Assembly (NCBI GenBank): GCA_028534125.1
Contig: CM052824.1
Location: 1,116,001 to 1,180,000, forward strand
Origin: Lama glama
Lineage: Eukaryota
Direction of reading: 5' to 3'
DNA length: 64,000 bases
Shown here one piece after another: positions 12,320 through 25,279 of this stretch (its first letter is position 1; the number at the start of each line of letters is the position of its first letter). The notes under the pieces are model-generated. The model ran no database searches. It saw only the letters and a list, made by a program, of their open reading frames with translations, and was not told the origin of the DNA. The position numbers and the translations under genes are program-made.

Positions 12320-13728
12320 AGGACTTCCATTTCTAAACAGGCTAGATAGCTTGAAAAGTCTCACAGCAATGAAACATCCAGAACATTTTAGATAAAAAAG
12401 AATACCACATGTTCTTTTTTAATGCCTAGGTCAGATCATAAGGAAGTCAGGGGAAAACCCATGGTTCAAAAATAGATAGGAAATTGACCAGCAGTGCAGT
12501 GAGCTGGAGCATCACTTTGATGCTAGGGGGAGGGGTCCTAGCTTCAGCAACCAGGAGTGGAGGAAATGAACAGCAGCACCTAGAAACCCTAGTAAGAGAG
12601 AATCATAACTCAGACCCCATTTATAAATCTAGAACCATACAGCATAAATTTTAAAATCCTGCCCACTTGCATAGGAAAATGACACTTACACATTTCTGTA
12701 TAAATGTAACCTTTAATGAGGAAAAAAATTACATACTTAGACTTTGTAACTTCATGCTTTTCTCTAGGCAGGGGTGCTTTCAAATTTATTCTACCAGTGT
12801 GAGCAAGGACCCCACACAATAATAAATTTATGTGTCATAGACCAGAGCTGGGATGCTATGTATAAGCAAACACAAAACATTTATGGACAGATAGGCCTGC
12901 AACATGCTGAATATGATTCTCATAGATAAATTTCTATTCAAACTGAGATCACAATTTAGAATTTATAAAGAATTTCACATTGGAATATAGTCATCATAAA
13001 CAATAGTGATCACATAGAGGAAATAGGATTAGACATTCTATCTTCACATAAGAAATCTAGATACTGTAAAATAACTGTGTTTAAAATAAGTATTTTAAAA
13101 GGCAGTGAGAACATGATAAAATAATAAAATGATATATCAGCTATTGAAGGGGAGGAAATAGAACATATAAAAATTTTTAAATATAATCATTGAAAATATA
13201 AAACTTATAATCTATTCAAACAAAAGATTAGATTTAGCTAAAGAGAGAATTAAGAAACAGGAATATATACCTCTGGAAATTATCCTTATAATGTAGCACA
13301 GAAAGATAAAAGGATAATATGGAGGAGAGTTTAAGAAACAGAGGATCAAATAAAAAAGTCAAACATGTATTCCAAAGGTGTCCAGAAAAAGAGAACAGAG
13401 GGAATGGAGAAGACAATATGATGAAATGGAATGTGAAATAATAATTGAGAAATTCTTCCAAAATTGATGTGAACATGAATTATCAGATCCAGGAAGTACC
13501 AGTAGTTACGATAAACATAATTCAGTCTACACTTAGACGCCCCACAGTGAAATTTCAGAACACCCAATTTTTAAAAAGCTTCTGAAAATAGCTAAAGAGA
13601 AGGAAAAAACGCTGAAAGAATAAACTTATAATAATAACAGAATTATCAATAGCAACACTAAAACTCATAAGGCAGTGAAGTAATGCTTTCAGTATGCTGA
13701 AACCAAACAGCCATCAACTAGAAATGCA
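12320..13728 (+). mobile_element. Ancient L1M (L1ME/HAL1-type) 5' UTR + ORF1 remnant, left part
   Basis: 13340-13500 resembles the ORF1p RRM-encoding region ('aaagtcaaacatgtattccaaaggtgtccagaaaaagagaacagagggaatgga...aataattgagaaattcttccaaaattgatg...tcagatccaggaagtacc'). 13660-13728 ('aggcagtgaagtaatgctttcagtatgctga...atcaactagaaat') is the ORF1 C-terminal segment. Many stops and frameshifts. Confidence 0.75.
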
Positions 13729-16069
13729 TGTTGCTGTACTTACACTGCAGAGATGGATGGGCTCTCCCCACATAATTTAGCCCAGATAGCATGACTGATA
13801 CACATTAAAAAGAGTATGAACATTTTTGATTAATCATAGAATGAGGCTTTATGAAGAAAGCAGACTCCTGGGCCATTCTGAAAATGGCTTGAGATTGGAG
13901 GGAAAGGTGACTGACTTATGATGGTTGTGTAGTTAGAGGCTGAGGTGTGGGGTTTCCTTGCATAATCCCAGGTTTACATGGTTTGAACTTTCTGCCACCA
14001 CCAAAGGAGGGTGCCTAGTTAGCCAGGTAAAGGTGTATTATGTCTCTTTGAAGATGAAGGCAAACTGCCTGAGAGGCTGTTGAAATAGGCACAGAATAGA
14101 CTTAGCTATGACTGAAAAGGGCTTATCAGTTACTGATCGTATGGAGTCAGTAATTCCAATAATATTGAATGTTTGGATCACAGCATTACAGCTGCAATCA
14201 TCCGTCGTAAGGTGTTATTCATTCTTTCCAGGTTAAAAACAGACCAAATTGGATTTTTTAAAATAGAAAAACAATGGTGATAATCACTCTGTCTAGAAAT
14301 AGGGCTTGTATAATAGATTTCAATCCTTGAAAGCTGTATTTTAACTCATATTGAGCATTTTAACTATTTTAGTCAGGGGCAGAGAGGTGAGGATGTCCCT
14401 CAGGTCTTTTCATCCAGCCAAATGTAAGTACCAAAGACTTAATTTTAGTTTATTATCATTGGGTCAGAGTATTTGTGCCTATTATAGAGTATTTTAGGCC
14501 AATGAATGATATAACCATGGGAGATTTAAGCAAAGCAGTAGTTCCAGTGGTGAAGATGTGTCATACCACTTAGTGTTTTATTTTATGTTCAATAAATCCC
14601 CTAAGACTACAGGTGGTGTTGTGTTGAAATTTAGTGGAATATCCAGGTAGAACTGTAATTTGAGCCCCAATATTGATTAAGGCCCTGAAAGTCAATATTA
14701 TAAGATGAATTCAGAACCTGTACTATAGAGACACAAAAAGCAATCACATCCTTTTGGCTTTTTGTTGTATAATTTCTTTTAGTAAATTTGGATTTCCAGT
14801 TGGGTTGATGTATGGACATTTGGGTCAGTTTTTTGTTTCCTTACCTACTATATATCCAGGTTTTCTCTTTTTTAATGTATTTATTTGTTTTTGTGGTTAG
14901 TAGTTATCCTTTGGGGTGGACCCATCCATCATACTCATACTTACAAGTTTCATGTTAGTACCATCAGGGTTAAGGTTCTCCTCCATGGTAATAGTGGAAT
15001 TACACACTTGGCTGTGCCACAGGGTTGTCATAGGTGTTACCCCAAAACCCTGATTATTGGGACTTTTTTTTTTTTGTGATTGAGACATAACAGCAGAGGC
15101 AAAGACATTTTGTAGGGTCCTGGTGACCTGGTGAGACATCTGCTTGTGGGAGCGTGGACCTCAACATGCCACATGGCAAGTATTCTTCCTGCGTGTGAAT
15201 GATCGCCCAGTGGGTCTGTGTATTGCACAGAGCATCAGTGTTTCCCCCGAGAGCTGTATAGGATGGGAACCAATCTGGATGGAAACACAAACCCAAAAGC
15301 CGCAAGGTAAGAGTCCTTCCCTTTATCCTAGCATCACTCATGGCTTATGCTGGAATCAAGACAGACAATTCGATCTGAGACATTCAGTTTGATCTGTGCT
15401 AAGCACACAACCCAGTGTCACTTTACGGAGGACCCTGAGCCCATACACCAGTCCTTAGATGCCACTTATCAAAACTTTCAACTTCGGTTCAGGAGGACTC
15501 AGCAAATACAGCACAAAGAAGCACAGTTCAAAGTGCAAGCTTGCCGGCAGGCAGCAGCACACTAAAGGCTGTGTTAGTCAGCAGACAGCAGTGCCATTTA
15601 GCACGAGAAGGAATACCCCCGTGGCAGAAGGCACTGCCTGGATACCCTGCTCACTGCACTGATTTTCATGTCACTCCTCAAAGACAGAACGGATCTGCCA
15701 CCTCCCCAAATTTAGGTCAGACGTTGAAATTAATAATGTCGCACAGACACCAAGGTGATATGGAAAAGCTTTATTACTCACATAGTGAGGCTTTCTAGGG
15801 AGAGCAGGGCCGGCTCCCTAGCAGGTCCAAACATGGCTTGAGAGCAGGGAGGGGCAAGTGGCTTGGGGTTTATGGTGATTATGGGCTGGATTTGACATAA
15901 GTTCTCTCGTGTGGACCACATTTGCACAATTTGAGCTTCCTGTTGGCTCTAAAGGAGAGAGCACGCAGGCTTTCTTACTAGTGCTCCAGACGTGCGGCGG
16001 GAAGAAGCAATCGGTAGGGCCTGGGAGGGGTCAACAGTCAACCGTCAAGTACGGAACCAGACAATGACA
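13729..16069 (-). mobile_element. Internally deleted class III (ERVL) provirus with two LTR47-like LTRs
   Basis: Homologous LTRs at 15669-16069 (complete, TG...CA, minus-strand AATAAA at ~15770) and 13729-~14014 (partial). PBS-like 'aaatcagtgcagtgagcagggt' follows the 5' LTR on the minus strand. Degenerate protease FRALINIGAQITVLPG at 14642-14690 and RT motifs (LPLTKIVKNAQY.., KNPIWSVF.., QFAFIFKET*YTFTWL) at 14020-14390. Confidence 0.85.
14020..14700 (-). pseudogene. Decayed ERVL pro-pol (aspartic protease + N-terminal RT)
   Basis: Manual translation gives LTFRALINIGAQITVLPG (ancestral motif DTG), PMVISFIGLKYSIIGTNTL and RT QFAF...YTFT. Multiple stops and frameshifts. Confidence 0.85.
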
Positions 16070-16255
16070 TATGCTTATGTAACAGTCATTGAAGAATGGA
16101 GGTGAAGTGAAATATTCTTATGAAACAAAAACTGAGTTTATCTTAAGTAGACTCTCAGTGTAGAAATGACTGAAAGATATACTTCAAATCCAGCAGAAGG
16201 GCAGAAGGAAGGTCTGAGATAAATGAACAAATGGTAAGCCAAAAAAAAAAAAAAG
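16070..16255 (+). mobile_element. Continuation of the L1M ORF1 remnant interrupted by the ERVL
   Basis: 'aacagtcattgaagaatggaggtgaagtgaaatattcttatgaaacaaaaactgagttta...tgaaagatatacttca...gaaggtctgagat' continues the ORF1 3' end from 13728. Confidence 0.7.
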
Positions 16256-16740
16256 CTAATGTTACCTGGCAGACTCTCTGATAACAGCCCGCTCTCTCCC
16301 AGTCCGCTGAAGTTGTTTACACTCATTAACTTATTTGATAGCATTTGCAGAGAACTGTTTGAGTTGCTGGCGTTGTACCCACATACAAGGTAAAGAGTAT
16401 CCAGTTCTCAGGAAATTTACATTCTCATGGAGAAAAGAAGGCTAAGTGCATACAGCTGGCTGTTTCTGCTGCTTCTGCAAGTTCTCCTGATCTCAGTATC
16501 TCTTTGAGTGTACAGGCTGTTCGTCTCAGGTGTGAGTACACATCTATCACTCTGCTGCTTCCTGCAAAACAAAGCGTGCTGGGGATTAAGTCACAGAGCC
16601 TGAGGCTTTTACCCTGAGTCAGAAAGGTGAGACGGCACCTTGGTTCCTAAAACAACAACCAAACACTTCAGCTGACAGTCTAGACTCTTGGTAACATCTT
16701 GAAGGCAGTGAAACAGTCATAGCTCGACAAGCAACTTCCT

Positions 16741-16887
16741 AAGATCCTGTGGTAGCTCACAGCAAAAAAAAAAATGTGGTAATGAATATATGTATGTTCA
16801 TGTATAACTAAAAAATTGTGCTCTACACTGGAATTTGATACAACATTGTAAAATGACTACAACTCAATATAGAAATGTTAAAAAAAA
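16741..16887 (+). mobile_element. 5'-truncated camelid-type L1 3' end
   Basis: 'gtggtagctcacagc...aatgaatatatgtatgttcatgtataactaaaaaattgtgctctacactggaatttgatacaacattgtaaaatgactacaactcaata' plus A tail. Highly similar to the copy at 42761-42930. Confidence 0.85.
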
Positions 16888-18062
16888 TCCTTATTTTGTT
16901 CTCCCCAAGAACTTTTTCCTACCTCTCTTTTTAGCTTTTTTTTCTTCCAATCTGCTGAAATTATTATTCATTGTATCCTTGGCCAGCCACTAAATCATAA
17001 TCGTAAAGAACATGATTCCTGAGGTTAGAAGATTCCTGGATTCTCTCTTTAGTGGTTATGTGATCTTGGGCAGAGTTACTTAATTTTTAATTCTACTAGT
17101 ACTTAATCACTTCGGTAGGAAGGGTTAAAAGTGACACAGCTTGTTTGAGTTTACACTCAAAGTTTGGCACAAATGACAAAAGTAATGGTAACAAATATTA
17201 TTGGTCTGTTTCTCCCACTAAAATGTCAGCCTTTTAAAATAAGGGAATGCCTCATGACCTGCTTGTTAGGTTGACATCCACCAGCATTGTGCTGTATATG
17301 TGATTATATACAGCATTCAATCAAATGAACATTCATTTTTAAATTCATTAAGTTTAAAGTCACATTGAATCCTATCCCTGACTGGATTTATTTTCTCTCT
17401 GCGTCACATGCCCTTTTTACTTTATCTCAATTTTTGTGTCTCTTCCAGTTTCTTTACCTTGGTGTCTTCTCAGTCTCAATAGTCACACAAGTCCCAAGAG
17501 ATAGGTGAGAAAAATAAGATTTCAAGAAATCTTTTCATAAGGCAAAGCAGTCATAGAGTATAAATGAGATTTAATTTCAGAATCACAGCAGAATAAGGAT
17601 GGCTTGGCATAAACTCTTAACTCCTAGAAAATCAGTCACCACAACAGGCCTCTCCACCAGCTCCTGGCCGTGGGCGGGTGTGTAGGTAGGCATGGAGGTG
17701 TATTGTGGTGCACGGACGCTGTGGGACCTGCTTGGGTCAAATGCAGCCATCCTGGGGTGATGGTTCTCCCAGGGTCTGACAAAGGTATCAGGAAGTTCTC
17801 TCTCCATGCTGACTTCTTGAGTAAAAAACATCAAACCCCATCACAGGGGCTACCATTAACTGATGGAATCAACTAAGCCAGCAGCACTGCCTGCTGAAAA
17901 CTGACTGAGCGAAGACACCGAGGAAGGGATGATAGCGAAGAACAGGTAAGACAAAAAGATGGGGGACTGGTTTTTTCCTCTTGCTCTGTTTTCTGAAAGC
18001 CCCATTCCATCAGCATATTCTCTTACTCTGCTTTGAGCAACGGCCTCCCCGGCAACCCCGCA

Positions 18063-18078
18063 CAGCCCCCTGCTGGGC
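18063..18078 (-). promoter_or_regulatory. CTCF core motif (predicted)
   Basis: Minus strand reads GCCCAGCAGGGGGCTG, which contains CCAGCAGGGGGC, a perfect match to CCASYAGRKGGC. It lies in unique sequence. Confidence 0.55.
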
Positions 18079-18417
18079 CTCATTCCTTAACCTCACTAAG
18101 TTATTACAGTTAATACCGTAGTTAATGGTTTCTGGAAACACGATATCTCTCCGCATCTGAGTGTACACATTTTGGCCTAAATATTGAGAAATCGTAGGTA
18201 TGTAATGCAAAGCCTGGGTGTGCCTGCCTGTGGAAAGGAGCTCATTAGGATTAATCTTTCACCGAGTGACTAATGCAAAGGGAACGAGGCCCTTTCCTCC
18301 CTGACTCGGCAGAGTTCTGCCCAAGCTTTCAAACAGGTCTCTTTGGAATGCGGCTGGCCACTCGTGAGCGAAGGCTCTGCCTAAGCATATGGAACTTTAA
18401 AACCCTGATTTTTTAAA

Positions 18418-18453
18418 ATATATACATATATACATATATATATATATATACAC

Positions 18454-18485
<32 letters not shown>
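18418..18485. repeat. (TA)n/(TACA) compound microsatellite
   Basis: 'atatatacatatatacatatatatatatatatacacatatatatatatacatatatatatatatatac'. Confidence 0.95.
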
Positions 18486-18489
<4 letters not shown>

Positions 18490-20299
18490 GTATACTCTAG
18501 CAAGTTCCTGAAAATCAAATGGCAGAACGTAAGCAGGAGACTGACTGCCAGAACGCATGCTCAGTTGGGGGCACCGTGTGGGGCGTCATCCAGCCTGCAT
18601 GGAGAGCTTTGAGCGCAGCCTGGTAGAACTCTGTATTACCTTCTGTTCTGATGCCTGAGCTCTGCCAGACTTTTGCTTGGAAAAGCATCTTTATGAAGCA
18701 GTACATTTGTTATGTTGTATCTGAGAATCCTTTCCTTTCGCCTTGGTCCCTGCTTTTAACTTGAGGGGCGTGACTTGTTCTCTTGAGCGGCTCTTACAGG
18801 AGAGACCAAAAGGATGCAAGGCAGGGTACCAGGCAGACCTTCCTGGGGGTGGGCCAGGGGGGGACATTTTATTCTGCTAAAATTAGCGTAAGACAATAGG
18901 AGTTTTTTGTGCAGATGCTGTAGTCAGCTAATAGAAGTCAGATTCTTTTCCAGGGTAAGGTACTTGTTGGTCCCCATGAAAAAAAAAAAAAAAGGAGGGA
19001 ATAGAAGGGAAATTGCTGCTTTTATCAATAAAAACATACAGAGCTGAATACCTACACAAAGAAATTTTCAGTATAATTTATGGCATTTCATCATGTTGAA
19101 CTGCATTTCAAGTAATTCACCCTGGCAGTTTTACTCTCAAAATGGAAGTCTTTGTACTTTTCTTGTCTTCATCACATAAAATGAGTTTGTGTTCAACTGT
19201 AGTCCATATACTTGATAATTTGTCTGACTGGGTAAGGTTGTTAGCAATTTAAGAAATAAACCCATTTGGATTTTCAGAGATTGTTAACAGAAAAAGGAGA
19301 CTGCTATGATGATCTCTTAAAAATTACAATGTAACACACAAAAGTGAGATTTAAGTAACAAGATTTTCCATACACCAGTAACGCCAGGGAAATTCAAACT
19401 CAAATTCCCTCAATTAATTTCCAGGGATTAAGCAGTCAGGTGTTGCAGTCAGTGAAAAATACGATTCACAAAGCTTGAGAGGTCAATTCAATTCAGAAAA
19501 GCAAAGCAAACCGCACAGTCTTTAGAGTTTCTGAGGCTAAAATGCATTCAGATCAATTGGGTGAAAGATTTTGTAAGATTCTCCAGTGTGGTCAGAGTAA
19601 AGTGAAAAGCAGTGGTCACAGCCAGAGGATCCTGAAAGTTTGACTGATAGAATGTCAAACCTGTAAGGCACTTGGAGGTGACTTAACCCCACAGTTTTAT
19701 GAAGGAGGAAATTGAGACTTGAGGATATTGAATGACTTGGCTGACACCACTCTGCCGATCTGTATATGTCCTCACTCTCTTGCCTTTCAGATAGAGATCT
19801 TTCAAACTCTCCCATAAAATTCTTTCAGGGATTAGTGATTTTCTTGAGTTGGTTTCTTTTGATTTTATATTTTATAGTGGGAATGATAATAATTCTTGGG
19901 TAAAATAGTACTACAGAGAATTTCCAAAATTGGCACTATTTTTAACTTTCATTTAGCCTCTTGTGACATTGCAAAGAAGGCATATGGCAGTCATTTTACA
20001 TTTGGATTCAACTTTTCAATTTGTAGAACACTTGAACATCTAAGAGTTGCCAATAATAGAAACTACTTACTATGTAATCCATTTGCAAATAAGTTATTGA
20101 GCTTGGGCAAGGTTAAAAGACTTTGCCAAGGTCACATAACCAGGCAATAAAGAAGTGGGTACTTGAACCTAGCACTTTTTACTGTTTACACTGTACAAGT
20201 TGTGGATGGATAACTATGGTAAAAGGGTCAACTCAAAGTTCTTACTGTGGAGAGACTGAAGTGTTCATTGGCTATCTACTTGTAAGAACTTTGCTTGAT

Positions 20300-20520
20300 G
20301 GCTAAGAACATGAGATTTAGACTCAAACAGAAATTCCATCTCTATCTTAAACTAGTTTGGGGACATTGGTTAAGTGATCTCTTGAAGTCTCAATGGTCTC
20401 ATTTGCTTAATGGCGATAATAATAATCATAAATTTTCTATAACTATTAAGTGGCTAATATGTGTAAAAACAGTGTGTCTCATTGTTTGGCATGCAATAAA
20501 CACTGCATGCTATTATTCTC
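20300..20520 (+). mobile_element. MIR SINE
   Basis: 'ggctaagaacatgagatttagactcaaacag...ttaagtgatctcttgaagtctcaatggtctcatttgcttaatggcgataataat...atgtgtaaaaacagtgtgtctc'. Confidence 0.75.
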
Positions 20521-21334
20521 AGCTATAAGTAATGTTTCTCTTTTATCATTAATATATAAAGATGTATATAATTTATTTATATATGTTTATATATAGATAT
20601 ATAGAGGGAGTTAAGTTTATATGAGCTTCAGTAAACCCTGCCAATAATTATGCCTTATATCTTTCAGAATGCAAGCCCCTTAAGAGCAGAGATATGTGTT
20701 TTGTCTTTGGTGTAAAATACCAACAGTGACAAGGCTTGTCCAGCCATTTATCCCCAGAGCCTCGTGTGTTCCTGGAAGAAGATAGGTGTTCAATAAACAG
20801 GTTTTATCATTGAAGTAGAGTTTAATAAATGGTTTTGAAAATAATTCCTACCCTGGGTGGACTGGCTGATTGGCTTGCTTGGATGTTTATGTATTTATTT
20901 GGAGTATGAGATCAAAGTGTGAATTTGCTCTTCTGTTTTAAGGTCTCAGTTACCACATGCTGCTCGCATGGTTAGCATCTTCCTCTGAAGTTGCTCCTCT
21001 GGTGTTTAAAGTTACTGTACATACCTCTTATAGCATGGTTTCTAGCCAATTGTCTAATAATAGCTATATTATCTGATGCTTAACTAAAGGAACTATCCAG
21101 CCCAGTGGTAGAGGTAAAAAATTGGCTGTGCTGAACTTACTGAGAAATGATACTATATTTACTGTGCTTTTTGAAATGGAAAGGTTTTAATGATACACAA
21201 TGTTTAATTTATATACAACTTCAGCTACCTCGTAAGATTCAGCTCAACTGTTCAAAAACTGATATTTTTATTCTATCTTGTATTAATTTATTTACGAGTG
21301 AGGTTGAATTACATGTATATATACATGTATATAT

Positions 21335-22197
21335 TTCCTACAACCAGTTGGTGAGGAAGAAAAAGCTCTAACACAGTTTACAGATATTTCTGCACGGTAT
21401 TCAGGCACCACCCAGAAATGGACGGTGCAGCATGACAGTCCCTTTCTGGGACATCTTTGAAGGACAGCGGAGAAGGAAAATCCTACCATTGAGCAGACAT
21501 TTGAGCAGGACACCTGGATACGCACTGGAAGGAGACATGACAAGCGGTAAGGGTCTATATAGATTTCCGAGCTGTGGCTGGTGGTTTGGTTGGATGGCTG
21601 GAGACTTAGAAGGATGACTAGAAAATCACCAAAAAGAAAATTTAAGGAAGAGGTATGTAGGTAGACTTTTGTCCCTTGTGAATATTCACCAAAGGGTGAC
21701 TTCAGTAGAAGAGAATTTTATTGACCAAGTGAATGGGATGACTCATCTTGTGGGTACAAGTAAGTGTCCTCCCTCAGCCACCCCCATCATTGCCCAAGGG
21801 GTTCGTAACCCAGGTGGCTATGGAGGCAGGGATGGCGGTTATACCTGGACACAGCAACTCAGACTTTTGTTCACCAACATTGACCTGGCTTCAGCCATTG
21901 CTAAGTGACCAATATGTCAGCATCAGAGACAGAGTCCCTGACATGATATGATGTCATTCTCTAGGGTTATCATCCAGCCACCTGGTTGAGTTCACTGGAC
22001 TACTTTTTATTACAGAAGAGGCAATGCTTTACTCTTACTGGAATGGACACTGATTCTGAGTATGGATTTGCCTTCCCTGCACACAGGGCTTCTGCCAAAA
22101 CTACCATCTGTAGCTAAACAGAATGCTTTATCCACTGTCATGGGATTCCATATCTCATTGCCTCTGATCAAGGAACTGACTTCACAGTAAATGAAGA
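21335..22197 (+). pseudogene. Orphan ERVL (HERV-L/MuERV-L-like) pol fragment: RNase H + integrase, decayed
   Basis: Translates across frameshifts to EEKAL..FTDISARYSGTTQKW.., GTSLKDSGEGKS, VNIHQRVTSVEENFIDQV..ATPIIAQ..GGYGGRDGGYTWTQQ (ORF 21669-21908), LTGMDTDSEYGFAFPAHRASAKTTI, HGIPYLIASDQGTDFT. This is collinear with the ERVL RNaseH-IN (HHCC and DDE core). Confidence 0.92.
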
Positions 22198-22500
22198 TGA
22201 GAAGGGAATCCCAGGCAAGAGGGAAAGCATATGCAGAAACCAAGAGCATATACAAAAGCATGGAGGCGGGAAAGGCCATGATATGTTTGGTGACTGCCAA
22301 GTACTAAGTCCTGTCTGTCATGTCCACGATCATTGTAGGGGTGATGGGAATTGAGGCTGACTACCAGTTGGGTAGTCAGGGTTAAGCCAGAAAGGGACAC
22401 ACACCTCATACCAAGGCTGGTGGATTTTATCAAGTGGTCTCCGGAGCTCCATTCAAAGTTCTGAAGTCAGAGGATGAAAACATCAGATTGGCTTTGAAAA
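22198..22500 (-). mobile_element. L2 remnant abutting the ERVL fragment
   Basis: 'gaagggaatcccaggcaagagggaaagcatatgcag...aaagcatggaggcgggaaaggccatgatatgtttgg...ggattttatc...catcagattggctttgaaaacattcaactct'. Confidence 0.65.
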
Positions 22501-22739
22501 CATTCAACTCTAACCAAAGCAGAGATGAAGTGAGACAGCACTTTCTGGGCCGTAACAGCCTGAAAGTAAAAATAGCTTTGCAGTAACAGTCACAAGGCAT
22601 TATTTCTCTGACTATTCACAAACCACTCCCACTATTTTTCTCTCCTAAATAGATCTAAGAGTCCTCACGGTCGTCTCCTCCAAGGTCCAGTCCCTTCGGT
22701 TATGCTGTATTTTTCACTGTTTCTTTCCTCCCCGTTTAA

Positions 22740-22900
22740 ATGTGCAGAATCTGGAGCAAGAGTGCCTGGGACTGAATTCTGCCTCCCCCACTTACTAAGT
22801 GAGCAAATGCAGTCAAGCCATGAGGGCTAAATAAAGCACTATATGTAAAGTACTTGGAACAGTACCTAACACTCAGTAAATGCTTAATAAATATTAACAG
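22740..22900 (+). mobile_element. MIR SINE
   Basis: 'ctggagcaagagtgcctgggactgaattctgcctccccacttactaag...atgtaaagtacttggaacagtacctaacactcagtaaatgcttaataaat'. Confidence 0.8.
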
Positions 22901-25279
22901 TTGTAATTCCTATAAGAAAAGTGTTGTTCATACTGTGGGTCAGAATCCATTTGTGGTCCATACAACAATTTAGCAGGCCTAACTATCCTATTTTTCAAAT
23001 AAAAGAATATAGGATACAATCTAATAGAACATATTGGTTGGGTGTGGAAAACATCCGAGTGTCTTGTATGGCAAGGATTCGCACTGTTTCACGACACTGT
23101 GTTTCAGTACACGTGGAGCTGTGTGTACATGTGTATGTGTGTATACCCAACTGGGATGGGAAAACATATCTCTCACTGAACTTAATGGTCAGAAAAAGTA
23201 GATTTTTTTTTAAACTGCTGTATCCAGAACCCCTAGTTCTTGTAATATAGTAGATAATAACAGTATATTAGATAACATGAACAATAACATTAGATTATAA
23301 TACTGGTTGGAATCAGGGAATGGATGTATGAGAACACTGGCTCTCTGAGGTCATGTACCTCATGGCTGTCAATGTCCAAAGGGCTGTGTTGTGGCTAACA
23401 CACAGTTAAGAGCCAAAGGCTGCTGCTCCTGTGGCCACCCACTGACACCCCACCAACACTACATATGGAGCTGAGGTCTCTGCAAAGTCTCCTCTTCCCG
23501 TGGTTGCAGAAGATGCTAAAATCAATGTTGCCAAATGCTGTCCTTCCAATGCTCTGCCGAGACTGAAATGAAATTAATTTTTGTTTTTTTCCCTACAGCC
23601 ACCTGGGACTCAGACAGAAGGCTAAGAGGCTGGCCGGAGGACATTAAGTACGTGCGTGCTTTCATCTTCAGAATCCCCTCTTTCCTCTGACATTGGCCTA
23701 TCTTTCTTGAACCCAAACTCCTCTTTGTATCTGTCTTCCCTAAATCCATTTTTGTTTTTTTCTTGAAGGTTCTAAACCTATCATCATAATAAAGCCCCAG
23801 TGGGCAGCCTTGCCTGCCTGGTCTGCAATCTGTACCCCGCGGTGAACCCAGCTGATCTCATGCCGTTTCAGGACCTACTGCCATAGTCTTTGTGAAATAC
23901 GACAAGGGCCTGAACCAAGTCGTTGGCAGTGGTAATGGAGAGGTAGTGACGTTGACGTGGGGATTTCCAGACAGCAGTCACTATGCAGCCATTCAAGGGT
24001 AATATCTAAAACAGGTAACGATCGGTTTGGCAAGAACACTAACCAACAACGTTGATGCCATGGACAATCTGAAAGGACTCCAAACATAAACAACACTGTA
24101 GCTGTGAGCCATCACGCACCAGCTGTCTCAGCTTTGACTTCCATGATGGTTTCAGGTCACATTTTCAAAAGTTCCAGTTAAAAGAGATTTCTGAGCAATA
24201 GCATAGAGGTTAGAGGCTAAGAAGGGGAGCTTGATTATTCAAATGCCCTGGCAGAGGGCAGGTCGCTGACAGGGTCACCAGTGCTTGTGTTGTTGCGGGC
24301 TGGTCTGAGTGAATGAGTAGCTGTGTTTAATGACCATGGCTTAAGAACCTTTAGAAGAGGCTTACTCTTGAGAATTCACCAGGAAGTACCTGACTATATC
24401 ATGCACAAAGGTTAGACTTCTGCTTTCATATTCCTACAAAGCTGTATCATGCACAGACATCTAACCTATTGATCTGACTTTCCTGTGGACTTAGGGAAGG
24501 CAAGTCATTTCACAATTCATGAAATTAAAACATCATTCTTAAGCTGATGATAAGCCTGCTAACTGTTCATCCTGACTTGGCCCAGAAATGCCCTACAACA
24601 TTTCACAGTAAGATCTTTCAAACTGAAAGATTAATTTTGATATGGAAAAAAAAGCTGCATTCCTATTGCATTTGATCTTTGAAATGGTAAAATTCCTGAT
24701 TATTTGAGGCTCGAAGACTTTTCTTTTTCGATTCACTAACCTGGCAAGTTTTATCAGTAATAAAGAGAACAAATAACTAACCTGATCAATGCCAGCATCT
24801 CCTTTGGACTTTCCTAAGTATTAAAACATAACTAACATTTACACTGGTTGGAGTTGTATGTGTTTCATTTTGTCTCTGAGTTAAACATTAGCTATTTTTG
24901 TCCTACCCTATTCTGTTATCACATACAGATACGGAATTATACTTGTTTGTTGACGGAGAGAGGAAGAAAAAGAAAAGAGCTAATGACGAAAAGTATTTTG
25001 TCGGTGTTTTGAGAGCCCAAAGAGGAAACGGGAATGTTGTTTGCGGTTTTTCTGTATCTGATCTATGTCCTCCCCAACTAATACTCTTTTCTCTAGATTC
25101 TTCAACACATTTTAAAATGTCCAGTTCCTCTTTGTTCCTCATAAAGGAGCTGTGGAAAGGGGATTCCAGCTCGCATAGACGTGCTCTGACAAGGACACTT
25201 ACAGCAACACATGCAGTACAAACCTGTTAAGCATTTCACCTTTTAAGAAATGACAGAATAATTACAGGACAACATGTCC

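Noticed and set aside
24785-24810. Partial resemblance to miR-31 (agatgctggca on the minus strand)
   Set aside because: The seed region does not match and no hairpin partner arm is present.
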